DNA of 14,682 bases from Candidatus Tenderia sp. (GTDB lineage: Bacteria; Pseudomonadota; Gammaproteobacteria; Tenderiales; Tenderiaceae). The notes under the pieces were generated by a model. The model worked only from the letters and a program-made list of their open reading frames with translations, was not told where the DNA came from and made no database searches. A program made the position numbers and the translations under genes. Of the stretch, positions 1 through 7,441 are shown piece by piece. The stretch lies in the NCBI GenBank assembly GCA_031416075.1, contig JANOSY010000065.1, positions 1 through 14,682 on the forward strand, given 5' to 3'. The stretch's first letter is position 1; each line of letters begins with the position of its first letter.

Positions 1-206
1 ATGGAACCCAGCGTGCGTATTGCATTATGGCCCGAGCTAATCGTATAGCTCACGTAGAGGCCGGATAGATACACGCAATCTTTACCCTGAGGACAAAAGT
101 TCAATCTTCTCCTTGCAAAACGGGAGGAGTCCATAGATACAGGGCTAGAGGAGAATTCAGTTGTGCGGTTTTTCCGAACAACCGCCGCTGACGGCAAGCA
201 CAGAGG

Positions 207-235
207 TTGCATGAGAGTTTATACTAATTTATTAT
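207..235 (+). promoter_or_regulatory. Putative sigma70 promoter of the ATPase gene (TTGCAT-17 bp-TATTAT)
   Basis: TTGCAT at 207-212 and TATTAT at 230-235 with a 17 bp spacer, about 42 nt upstream of ATG 278. The region is AT-rich, so alternative -10 boxes exist. Confidence 0.35.
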
Positions 236-272
236 CCATTCTATGTATAAATGGATATAAATAGGTATAACT
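216..272. promoter_or_regulatory. Long imperfect AT-rich inverted repeat, candidate operator
   Basis: Core TATCCATT (233-240) and AATGGATA (249-256), extending outwards with few mismatches or gaps to AGTTTATAC... / ...GTATAACT. Ends 5 nt before the ATPase start codon. Confidence 0.5.
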
Positions 273-277
273 AGACC

Positions 278-1462
278 ATGGATCCCATCAAAAACCCTTT
301 TTCTCCCGGCGCTGGTTCGCCACCTCCCGAGTTGGTGGGGCGAGACTCTGTTCTTGAACAAGCGCGCATTCTGTTAGGTAGAGTGAAACAGAGAAAATCT
401 GAGAAAAGTATGCTGCTGACCGGCCTACGCGGGGTAGGCAAAACTGTGCTGCTAAACGAAATCAAACGCATGGCGGACGGCGATGGATACCGCACCATTT
501 CTATCGAGGCACACGAAGGAAAAGCATTGGGCTCGCTGATTGCTCCATATTTGCGGAGCCTTCTTTATGATCTGGATCGGATTGCCGGAACCGGAGACAA
601 GGTCAAGCGCGGCTTGGCTGTGTTACGCAGCTTTATCGGTGCGCTCAAGGTTACGGTGGGCGATGTCAGCATCGGGTTGGACATTGACCCGGAGAAGGGA
701 TCGGCTGATAGCGGTGATTTGGAAATTGACCTGCCCAATCTCTTCGTCGCAATCGGCGAAGCAGCAGAGGATCGCAAGAGCGCAGTGGCTATCTTCATTG
801 ATGAGATTCAATACTTCAGCAAGAAGGAGTTGGGCGCACTGATCATGGCTATGCACAAGGTTCAACAGCTTCAGCTGCCTCTGGTATTGCTGGGTGCAGG
901 ACTACCTATCCTTCCCGGACTGGCAGGTGAATCAAAGTCTTATGCCGAGCGGCTTTTCAACTTCCCAAATATCGGCGCACTCTCGCAAGAAGACACTGCA
1001 AAAGCATTGCAAGAACCCGCACAAGAGGCAGGAGTCGCTTTTGAGAGTGAAGCGTTGGATGAGGTTTTTCATCTGACCAAGGGGTATCCCTATTTTCTTC
1101 AGGAGTGGGGCTACGTAGCTTGGAATTTAGCAACAACAAATCCAATTACGTTGCAGGTTGTCCGGGATGCCAAGAAGGCTGTTATCCTACGTCTCGACGA
1201 GAATTTTTTCCGGGTGCGTTTTGATCGTCTGACGCCAAGTGAAAAGAATTTTTTACGAGCAATAGCAGAGCTTGGGTCGGGTGCGCATCGTACAGGGGAC
1301 ATCGCTGATATCCTCAAAGTTAAAGTTACCAGTCTCGGCCCTGTCCGAGCCAAGCTGATTAACAAAGGGATGATCTATAGCCCTGCGCACGGCGACATGG
1401 ATTTCACTGTTCCGCTCTTTGATGATTTTATGATCCGCGCGATACCAACATTTAAACGGTAA
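278..1462 (+). CDS. AAA+/STAND-like ATP-binding protein (AAA_16 / archaeal-ATPase type) with probable C-terminal winged helix
   Basis: 394 aa. N-terminal NPFxPG...LVGR motif, Walker A GLRGVGKT, Walker B IFIDEIQ, GYPYFLQ (GxP) motif, and a C-terminal wHTH-like segment (TGDIADILKVKVTSLGPVRAKLINKGMIY). Confidence 0.85.
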   Translation: MDPIKNPFSPGAGSPPPELVGRDSVLEQARILLGRVKQRKSEKSMLLTGLRGVGKTVLLNEIKRMADGDGYRTISIEAHEGKALGSLIAPYLRSLLYDLDRIAGTGDKVKRGLAVLRSFIGALKVTVGDVSIGLDIDPEKGSADSGDLEIDLPNLFVAIGEAAEDRKSAVAIFIDEIQYFSKKELGALIMAMHKVQQLQLPLVLLGAGLPILPGLAGESKSYAERLFNFPNIGALSQEDTAKALQEPAQEAGVAFESEALDEVFHLTKGYPYFLQEWGYVAWNLATTNPITLQVVRDAKKAVILRLDENFFRVRFDRLTPSEKNFLRAIAELGSGAHRTGDIADILKVKVTSLGPVRAKLINKGMIYSPAHGDMDFTVPLFDDFMIRAIPTFKR

Positions 1463-1523
1463 CCATCACCTTGGATTTCCGCATTGTCGACACCTTTACT
1501 GGCAACTTGATAAGGCGCACTAA

Positions 1524-1660
1524 GTAGGGCGTCAATGCCCAATACACTCGCTCCGCTCGCGGGGCAGGCTCTAAGCAGAGCGTATTACGCCGAATGAAGC
1601 ACGCTTGGTGGGTTACGCCAAAAAACGGCTCTTGTACCCTTCAGGGTGAACCCCCTCTAC
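1524..1660. repeat. Degenerate hybrid GTAG-type REP doublet (REPIN-like) with two internal mini-insertions
   Basis: Begins GTAGGGCGT (1524) and ends CTCTAC (1660). Left-arm palindrome GGCGT(C)AAT...ATTACGCC. Right arm shares GCTTGGTGGGTTACG (1603-1617) exactly with 11493-11507. Confidence 0.65.
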
Positions 1661-1679
1661 ATTGAATGTTGGTTCTTTC

Positions 1680-1746
1680 TGGCCATTACTGCTCCCCCAC
1701 CTCCAGCGTCTGCATCTCATACAGATGTCTATAGACCCCTTCCATC
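1680..1746 (-). repeat. Orphan copy of the mdlB 3' end (direct repeat of 5562-5628); encodes MEGVYRHLYEMQTLEVGEQ*
   Basis: Manual alignment gives 61/67 identity to 5562-5628: 4 synonymous changes, 1 CAG/TAG change before the shared TAA, and 1 change after the stop. Confidence 0.95.
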
Positions 1747-1959
1747 TGTTCCCTTCATCCATTTTGATACCGGAGCGCCGTGGCAGAGCTTTTGTGCGAT
1801 CACGGCGCAGTGCCTTAATTGCTCAATGGTCAGGCAGGGCCATGCGCCTCATCCCCAGTTGTTGGTGGCTGTTCAAATTTTCGTGAGGCGCTGAAACGGT
1901 TACGCGCGCCCACGGTGGTTGCGTTACCATGGGTTGCGATTTAATAGGATGATGGGCGC

Positions 1960-4539
1960 ATGGAAAATAACTTGCCGGAATTGACAGAAGAAAATTTTAA
2001 AAAGCTGAGCCAGCCAGCCTGTGTGGTGTTTGCCTGGCGTGCGGCTATGCGGGTGTTGCCTGTGTTGGGTGGGCAAGAGGGTAATCTAGATTTTTGGGCT
2101 GAGGCTGATAGGCGTAGGAATTTGGCAGCAGTGTTGGCGGCTTTGGATGAGGTGTTGCCATGGATTGGTTTTGTGGAAGGCGGGATCAGTAAATATGTGG
2201 CGGCTTCTGTTGTCGATGCAGTTGCTAATGTTATTCCCGCAGGCTACGTCTCTTACACCTATGCGGTTGGCGCTGCTGTAGCCGCTGTTTCTGGTGATGC
2301 TTATGAAGCCTATAAATGCGCTGCATTCACTTCTACGGTACGTCGAGGTGACACCCTCGCCGATTTTGTCTTTGGTGCATATGCTGACGCTGCCAAAAAC
2401 GTGATGCAATGGGATCTATATCTGTTATTACAGTGGCAAAAGGCTACGCCAACTTGTGAGGTTGTTTTTGCCCCATTGTGGCAAATAGCGGAGGGAGGTG
2501 GTTTGCCTGACGGGTGGTTGGAAATTACTGATCGCTGGCAACAGGTGATGCGGGAGTATGGCCACTCAGATTTTTGTGACTCCTATCTGGGATTGCTGGA
2601 GGGGAGGCCGTGGGATGTGGAGGCGAGCCTGAGGCGGTTTGAGGATTGGATTGCATCGCGTAAAGACAATAAGCACGGTGAATCTGGTGATGTTGAGGGT
2701 ATTACGATAACAGAGAAACCAGAGACGATTACTCTTGTTCTTGATGATCTGGTAGCTCAAGCCTCCGTTGAAGATGTGGAAATGTCAGTTGGAAGCAAGC
2801 CTGTGGCCAAAAAGTCGAGCGCAGGTATCGCTACTGCACTTGCCGATGAGCCATCCAAACATGACAGCCTGGGGCGTACCCCTATCGTCAACACCTTGGC
2901 CAATATGCTGGCCTCACCAGAACAGACGCTGCCCATGACCATCGCCCTGTTGGGAGACTGGGGGGCGGGTAAGAGTTCAATGATCGATCAGCTCCAGTTG
3001 CAGCTAAACAAGCTGATAAAAGATTTTGATAATTCGTGGACGCTGGTGAGTGAGCGAGATAGAAACGAACCATTGCGGCCATACGCTTATATCCACGCCA
3101 CCTTCAACGCCTGGGAATATGAGAAGACCGACAACATTCGTGCAGGGCTGGCTCAGGAGGTGGTGAATGGGCTGGTTGATGATATGTATATCTGGCAGAA
3201 ATTTGGGTTCAGCTTTTTGAACGCATGGTGCCAACACCGCTGGCAGTTTGTCTGGAGTGTGTTGGGGGTGGTGGTGACGGCATTGGCTGTGCTTTATGGT
3301 GTGAGCAGTAACGACCTTGGCTTAAACACATTTTCCGAAACCTTTTTGGGGGTAGGAGCGGCGGCGGCGATGTCATTTGTGTTGTACAAGTCGTGGAAGA
3401 CGGCAGTCAACATTCTCGAACACCCTTTGGTCAGTCGGTTGCAAACCTATCTGAAACTACCCAGTTATGGTGAGCATCTGGGGCTGGTGCCGGTGATCAA
3501 GCAGCAGATTGAAACACTATGCAAACTGCGCTTGAAGGGACTCTATCGCCATCGTCTGCTGGTGGTGGTGGATGATCTGGATCGCTGTAGCCCGGAGTGC
3601 ATTACCGAGACACTGGATGCCATTCGTTTGGTGATGAACCTGAAGGATGTGGCGGTGTTGATCGCTATTGATGACCGGGTGGCCTTTCGTGCGGTGGCGG
3701 AGCATTACAAGAAGCTGAGTGATCATGATCGCCCCAGTGCTGCCATAGCCCGCGATTATTTGGGCAAGATTATTCAGTTGCCTATTAATCTGCCTAAACC
3801 TGCTGCGGGTGATCTGAGCGGCTTTATAGCAAATCAACTATTTCCACAGATTGAAGCCGACTCGGTTGATGGTTCGGCCGTAGCACCGGTGGTGGAGGCT
3901 TCACTGCCTCATGTTTCTTCGTCATCTGCTGAACCTAAAGATGAGAAGCAGAAACCGTTGCCAGTCACAGGGAGCTTGCCCGAGGAGGATGAGCCGGATG
4001 TGGCGAAGTCAGTACGTGCAAAGTCGAAACGTTCGATGGCTGAAATGCAATCTCTGATGGTGGATTTGCGAGAAGAGCTTGAACAGTTTCAAAAGCTGGC
4101 GCGTGATCTGGATTTCACCAATCCCCGGCAGCTGACCCGTCTAAAAAACTCCTACCGCGTTTTAAAAGGGATCAACCATCTTTCGGACAGAGAGGATAGC
4201 TCGATTGAGCGTCGTGGTTTGATGTTGGGGATGTTCTGGGCTGAATATCTTTTTCAGTTTCCGTTGGAGAATAAGGTTCTGCCTGAGCAGGGGCGGCGCC
4301 ATATTGAGTTGGCGCTGCTGGATGCAATAGCTAAAGAATCCGTGCCCGTGGTCCCAGTGATAAAAAATATGAGCGATGACTTTAGTGACTGGTTACAAGT
4401 GCCGTTTGAGGGGAAGTCGAGACGTTTGTATTTTGAGTTGATGCAGCGTGTCTCTGTGACGGTGCTTTCCAGTGCTGAGGGTGGTTTGTTGTTGAGTCGC
4501 GAGGCGATGGATCGTTACAAGAGTATGAAGGCTGAGTAG
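1960..4539 (+). CDS. KAP family P-loop NTPase with two TM helices and an uncharacterised N-terminal domain
   Basis: 859 aa. D(S)LGR start motif, Walker A ALLGDWGAGKSS, FNAWEY, two hydrophobic segments inside the NTPase domain, Walker B LLVVVDDLDRC, YLGKIIQLP and NPRQL motifs, all typical of KAP NTPases. Confidence 0.92.
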   Translation: MENNLPELTEENFKKLSQPACVVFAWRAAMRVLPVLGGQEGNLDFWAEADRRRNLAAVLAALDEVLPWIGFVEGGISKYVAASVVDAVANVIPAGYVSYTYAVGAAVAAVSGDAYEAYKCAAFTSTVRRGDTLADFVFGAYADAAKNVMQWDLYLLLQWQKATPTCEVVFAPLWQIAEGGGLPDGWLEITDRWQQVMREYGHSDFCDSYLGLLEGRPWDVEASLRRFEDWIASRKDNKHGESGDVEGITITEKPETITLVLDDLVAQASVEDVEMSVGSKPVAKKSSAGIATALADEPSKHDSLGRTPIVNTLANMLASPEQTLPMTIALLGDWGAGKSSMIDQLQLQLNKLIKDFDNSWTLVSERDRNEPLRPYAYIHATFNAWEYEKTDNIRAGLAQEVVNGLVDDMYIWQKFGFSFLNAWCQHRWQFVWSVLGVVVTALAVLYGVSSNDLGLNTFSETFLGVGAAAAMSFVLYKSWKTAVNILEHPLVSRLQTYLKLPSYGEHLGLVPVIKQQIETLCKLRLKGLYRHRLLVVVDDLDRCSPECITETLDAIRLVMNLKDVAVLIAIDDRVAFRAVAEHYKKLSDHDRPSAAIARDYLGKIIQLPINLPKPAAGDLSGFIANQLFPQIEADSVDGSAVAPVVEASLPHVSSSSAEPKDEKQKPLPVTGSLPEEDEPDVAKSVRAKSKRSMAEMQSLMVDLREELEQFQKLARDLDFTNPRQLTRLKNSYRVLKGINHLSDREDSSIERRGLMLGMFWAEYLFQFPLENKVLPEQGRRHIELALLDAIAKESVPVVPVIKNMSDDFSDWLQVPFEGKSRRLYFELMQRVSVTVLSSAEGGLLLSREAMDRYKSMKAE

Positions 4540-4568
4540 GCCTGGGTGTTTTCCCCTCCTTGAAGGAG

Positions 4569-4615
4569 CAAATTAAAGGGATCCAAATTAAAGGGGTCAG
4601 CTTCGCATTTTTTTG
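4569..4615 (+). repeat. Tandem CAAATTAAAGGG x2 followed by GGGGTCAGCTTCGCATT (copy 1 of a 16 bp direct repeat)
   Basis: CAAATTAAAGGG at 4569 and 4584. GGGTCAGCTTCGCATT (4594-4609) matches GGGTCAGCTACGCATT (5471-5486) at 15/16. Confidence 0.6.
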
Positions 4616-4625
4616 AGCCAGCGAG

Positions 4626-4656
4626 GTAGCCCGCATGAAGTGAAACGCAATGCGGG
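4626..4656. repeat. Single GTAG-type REP hairpin between the convergent KAP and toxin genes, running into a G11 tract
   Basis: GTAG + CCCGCAT...ATGCGGG palindrome. G run at 4654-4664. Confidence 0.6.
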
Positions 4657-4677
4657 GGGGGGGGTGGTTTGTGGTGG

Positions 4678-4977
4678 CTACGGTTGGCGCGGAATCTCTG
4701 CCGCTTGCAAATCCCGTCTCTTGTGGATTACCGCCAAAATATCGATGTGGGTGGTATTGATCTCGTAGAGAATGCGATAGGAGTACAGCGATAATTCCCG
4801 AACGCGCTCTTCGTCGAACTCTGGCACTTTTCGCCCTAAGCGGGCCAGTTCATCAAGCAAGAGTGTTTTGCGTACCAGTGCATCCGATACGCGCTTGGCG
4901 TAGAGTGGTGAATCTTGGGCGATGTAATCGTGAATGTGACGAAGCTGGGTTAAAGCATGGTGAGTCCACCTCACCAT
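4678..4977 (-). CDS. Type II toxin, RelE/ParE superfamily (ParE-like)
   Basis: 99 aa. VRWT..AL..L..I.DYIAQDSP..A, GRKVPE...VREL..YSYRILY, ILAVIH.RRD pattern. Confidence 0.9.
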   Translation of the reverse strand: MVRWTHHALTQLRHIHDYIAQDSPLYAKRVSDALVRKTLLLDELARLGRKVPEFDEERVRELSLYSYRILYEINTTHIDILAVIHKRRDLQAAEIPRQP

Positions 4978-5150
4978 GATTGAATATCCCGTAACACCTG
5001 GTCGGCGGGAGTGACGTTTCCTTTTTCGGCATCTTCCTGGCCACGGCGAATATTTTCCAGTACATAGAGGCGATACATGATCTCTTCCATGTCCGCGTCT
5101 TCGGGCAGGTTGGTAATGACATTGATGGCTTCTTGCTTCAGGGGTTCCAT
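4971..5150 (-). CDS. Cognate antitoxin (59 aa, acidic)
   Basis: ATG at 5150 with AAGGAG SD upstream. LPEDADMEEIMYRLYVLENIRRG..D..G motif. Stop overlaps the toxin start. Confidence 0.85.
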   Translation of the reverse strand: MEPLKQEAINVITNLPEDADMEEIMYRLYVLENIRRGQEDAEKGNVTPADQVLRDIQSW

Positions 5151-5339
5151 AGCAGACTCCTTAAAATGGGATGAATAAATCGTTCTTGGGTCTTGCGGCC
5201 TGGACCGAGTGGGGTACACGCGGCCTATTATGAAATATTTTGCAAAGAATTACTGGTTCCAATTTTCAATATGGACAAATGCAAGGCGTTACACACCTGC
5301 TTGACACGTTGGGGATCTCAAAGCCCCTGGGCCTCATGG

Positions 5340-5459
5340 GCAACCGCAACGCTTATCAACAGGCTCAGCCAGTCCACCTGCTATGACGCCATCGGCAATC
5401 TTAAAAAGATGCGCGATGTCCAAGGCAACATTACCCAATTCAGTTATGACACCTTTGGG
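5340..5459 (+). pseudogene. YD/RHS-repeat gene relic
   Basis: Translates as ...STCYDAIGNLKKMRDVQGNITQFSYDTFG (two YDxxG units at RHS spacing), cut off at the GGGTCAG tandem. No credible start. Confidence 0.6.
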
Positions 5460-5486
5460 TCAGGGGTCAGGGGTCAGCTACGCATT
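5457..5486 (+). repeat. (GGGTCAG)x3 + CTACGCATT (copy 2 of the 16 bp direct repeat)
   Basis: Three tandem 7-mers at 5457-5477. 15/16 match with 4594-4609. Confidence 0.6.
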
Positions 5487-5561
5487 ATATTTTGGAAAAC
5501 TGTGAACGGTCGCTTTCAGTTGGCGCAGCCGTTTATGATTCCTGGCCCGATGGACCGCAAT

Positions 5562-5628
5562 TGGCCGTTACTACTCTCCAACCTCCAGCGTCTGCATCTC
5601 ATACAAATGTCTGTAGACCCCTTCCATC
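5562..5628 (-). repeat. Active mdlB 3' end, partner of the 1680-1746 repeat
   Basis: 61/67 identity by manual alignment. Confidence 0.95.
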
Positions 5629-7310
5629 CCCAGCAGCTCGTTGTGGCTGCCGTGCTGCACCAGTTCACCGTGGTTCAACACCAAAATCTGGTCAGCCTTT
5701 TCGATGGTGGAGAGGCGGTGGGCGATGACCAGCAGGGTGATCTCGCCGCGCAGTTGCATCAGTGCAGTTTGAATCTGTGCCTCGGTGTGGCTGTCGATGT
5801 TGGCGGTGGCTTCGTCGAGGATCAGCACTTTGGGTTTGTGGATCAGGGTGCGGGCGAGGGCGAGCAGTTGGCGCTGGCCGGTGGAGAGGTTGCTGCCACG
5901 TTCGTTCATGACGGTGTCGTAGCCTTGCGGCAGTCGCTGTACGTGTTCGTGCAGTCCGGCCTGTTTGGCGACCTGTTTGATCGCGGCGTCGCTGAAGGGT
6001 TGGCCCATGGTGATGTTGTCGCGCACGCTGCTGTTGAAGATGAAGGGGTCTTGCTGAACGATACCGACCTGCTGACGTAATACCTCTTCGCTGAAGCTTT
6101 CCAGTGAATGGCCGTCGATGCGAATCTCACCCTGCTGTGGCGCGTAGAAACGCAGCAGCAGTTGGGTGAGGGTGCTTTTGCCGCTGCCGGTGTGGCCGAT
6201 GATGGCGTGGAACTGGCCGGCGGGGATGGTGAAGGTGACGTTTTTGATGACGTTTTGTGTGTCGTCGTAACTGAAATGGAGGTGGCGGAATTCGATTTTG
6301 CCACTGTGGATGCGGGCATCGGCACGGCGTGCGGGGGTGCTGTTGTCGCTGTCGAGCAGGGTGAAGACACGTTCACCGGCGACGATGGCCTGCTGGTAGA
6401 GGCTGAGGCGCTGGGTGATTTCGACCAGTGGTTCGGAGAAACGTCCGAGGTAGGTGACAAAGGCGTAGATGACGCCGATCTCCACCGGACTGCTGAGGGA
6501 TTGGTAACCAAAGCTGTAGAGCAGCCCGGCGAGCAGCGCCACCTGAATCATATCCACCAGTGGTCGCAGCAGTATGGAGTCGAGTTTGATGTTGCGTAGC
6601 CGTACCCGGTTGTGTTCGTTGCTAAGAGCGGTAAAGTCGCGGCGGAAGCGTGGCTCCTGGCCGAGCAGTTGCAGCACTTTGATGCCCTGGATGGTTTCGT
6701 GCAGCCGGGCGTTGATGTCGCTGAGCAGGGTGCGGGCCTGGTGGAAGATGGGGGCGCTGAGGCGCTGGTAGAGGTACATCAGCGCTGTGACCACCGGCAC
6801 AAACAGCAGGCAGATGATCATCAGCTGCCAGTCGAGCAGCGCCATGGCGATGAGTATGCCGAGAATGCGCATGATGTTCTGTATGAAGGTGCCAATGACG
6901 TTGACGTAGAGCTCTTTGATCGACTCGGTATCGTTGGTGATGCGTGAGATCAGGCTGCCAGTGGGGGTGCGGTCAAAGTAGCTCAACGGCATCGCCAGCG
7001 CCTTGGCAAATACCTGTTCCCGCAATGTCTGTACCGCGTGTTGGGCGATGAGGTTGAGGCGTACGGCCTGTAGGTAGTTGGTGCTGGCGGCCAGGATCAT
7101 AAAAAAGAGGTAGGCGGCACCGATGGTGAGCATGGCGTTGGGTTGCCAGTGGCCGGGCACTACGTAGTCGTCGAGAAAGAGTTTGATCAGCAGGGGGCCT
7201 GCCACTTCGGCGGCGGTGGCGATGAGCAGCAGGATGAGTGCCTGACGCAGCAGTTTTTTGTCGCTCAGTCCGTAGCTGAGCAGACGCATGAAGGGGTGCT
7301 GTTTATCCAT
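5571..7310 (-). CDS. mdlB: MdlB-like ABC exporter (TMD + NBD)
   Basis: ATG 7310 (MDKQHPF), 579 aa. ABC membrane domain, Walker A GHTGSGKST, signature LSTGQRQ, Walker B LILDEATANID, H-loop IAHRLSTI. Lies downstream of an MdlA-like gene. Confidence 0.88.
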   Translation of the reverse strand: MDKQHPFMRLLSYGLSDKKLLRQALILLLIATAAEVAGPLLIKLFLDDYVVPGHWQPNAMLTIGAAYLFFMILAASTNYLQAVRLNLIAQHAVQTLREQVFAKALAMPLSYFDRTPTGSLISRITNDTESIKELYVNVIGTFIQNIMRILGILIAMALLDWQLMIICLLFVPVVTALMYLYQRLSAPIFHQARTLLSDINARLHETIQGIKVLQLLGQEPRFRRDFTALSNEHNRVRLRNIKLDSILLRPLVDMIQVALLAGLLYSFGYQSLSSPVEIGVIYAFVTYLGRFSEPLVEITQRLSLYQQAIVAGERVFTLLDSDNSTPARRADARIHSGKIEFRHLHFSYDDTQNVIKNVTFTIPAGQFHAIIGHTGSGKSTLTQLLLRFYAPQQGEIRIDGHSLESFSEEVLRQQVGIVQQDPFIFNSSVRDNITMGQPFSDAAIKQVAKQAGLHEHVQRLPQGYDTVMNERGSNLSTGQRQLLALARTLIHKPKVLILDEATANIDSHTEAQIQTALMQLRGEITLLVIAHRLSTIEKADQILVLNHGELVQHGSHNELLGMEGVYRHLYEMQTLEVGE

Positions 7311-7357
7311 TGATCTGCTGCTCAATCTGTTGGTAGCGGAACATCTGTGAGTACCAG
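7303..7357 (-). repeat. Orphan (displaced) mdlA 3' end, WYSQMFRYQQIEQQING*, overlapping the mdlB start
   Basis: 7313-7357 vs 7461-7505 is 38/45 identical, with 5 of 7 changes synonymous. Its TAA overlaps the mdlB ATG (ATGGATAA). Confidence 0.9.
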
Positions 7358-7361
7358 TGCT

Positions 7362-7425
7362 GTAGGGTGCGCTGTGCGCACCATGGATGGTTGGGGAGAA
7401 CGTTCGTGCGCACGGCGCACCCTAC
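7362..7425. repeat. GTAG-type REP doublet (REPIN-like)
   Basis: GTAGGGTGCGCTGTGCGCAC ... GTGCGCACGGCGCACCCTAC. Each half is a hairpin and the halves are inverted. Confidence 0.88.
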
Positions 7426-7441
7426 ATTCATTGCGCTGTGG

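Larger units (their letters stand above)
1747..5561. mobile_element. Putative integrated cassette/islet between the two mdlB 3'-end copies (KAP NTPase, TA pair, YD relic; no integrase)
   Basis: Flanked by a 67 bp direct repeat of a gene end (att-like) and carrying accessory genes. No recombinase ORF inside. Confidence 0.65.

Noticed and set aside
140-185. CAGGGCTAG... / GTTGTGCGG-TTTT-TCCGAACAAC as an IS end
   Set aside because: Only a CAGGG start and a small hairpin; no partner end or transposase is visible.
1646-1894. Two short + strand ORFs resembling ORFs at 5193 and 5492
   Set aside because: The similarity is simply the antisense reading of the duplicated mdlB end.
5193-6080. 295 aa + strand ORF
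   Set aside because: Mostly the antisense shadow of mdlB; only the short YD segment looks protein-like.
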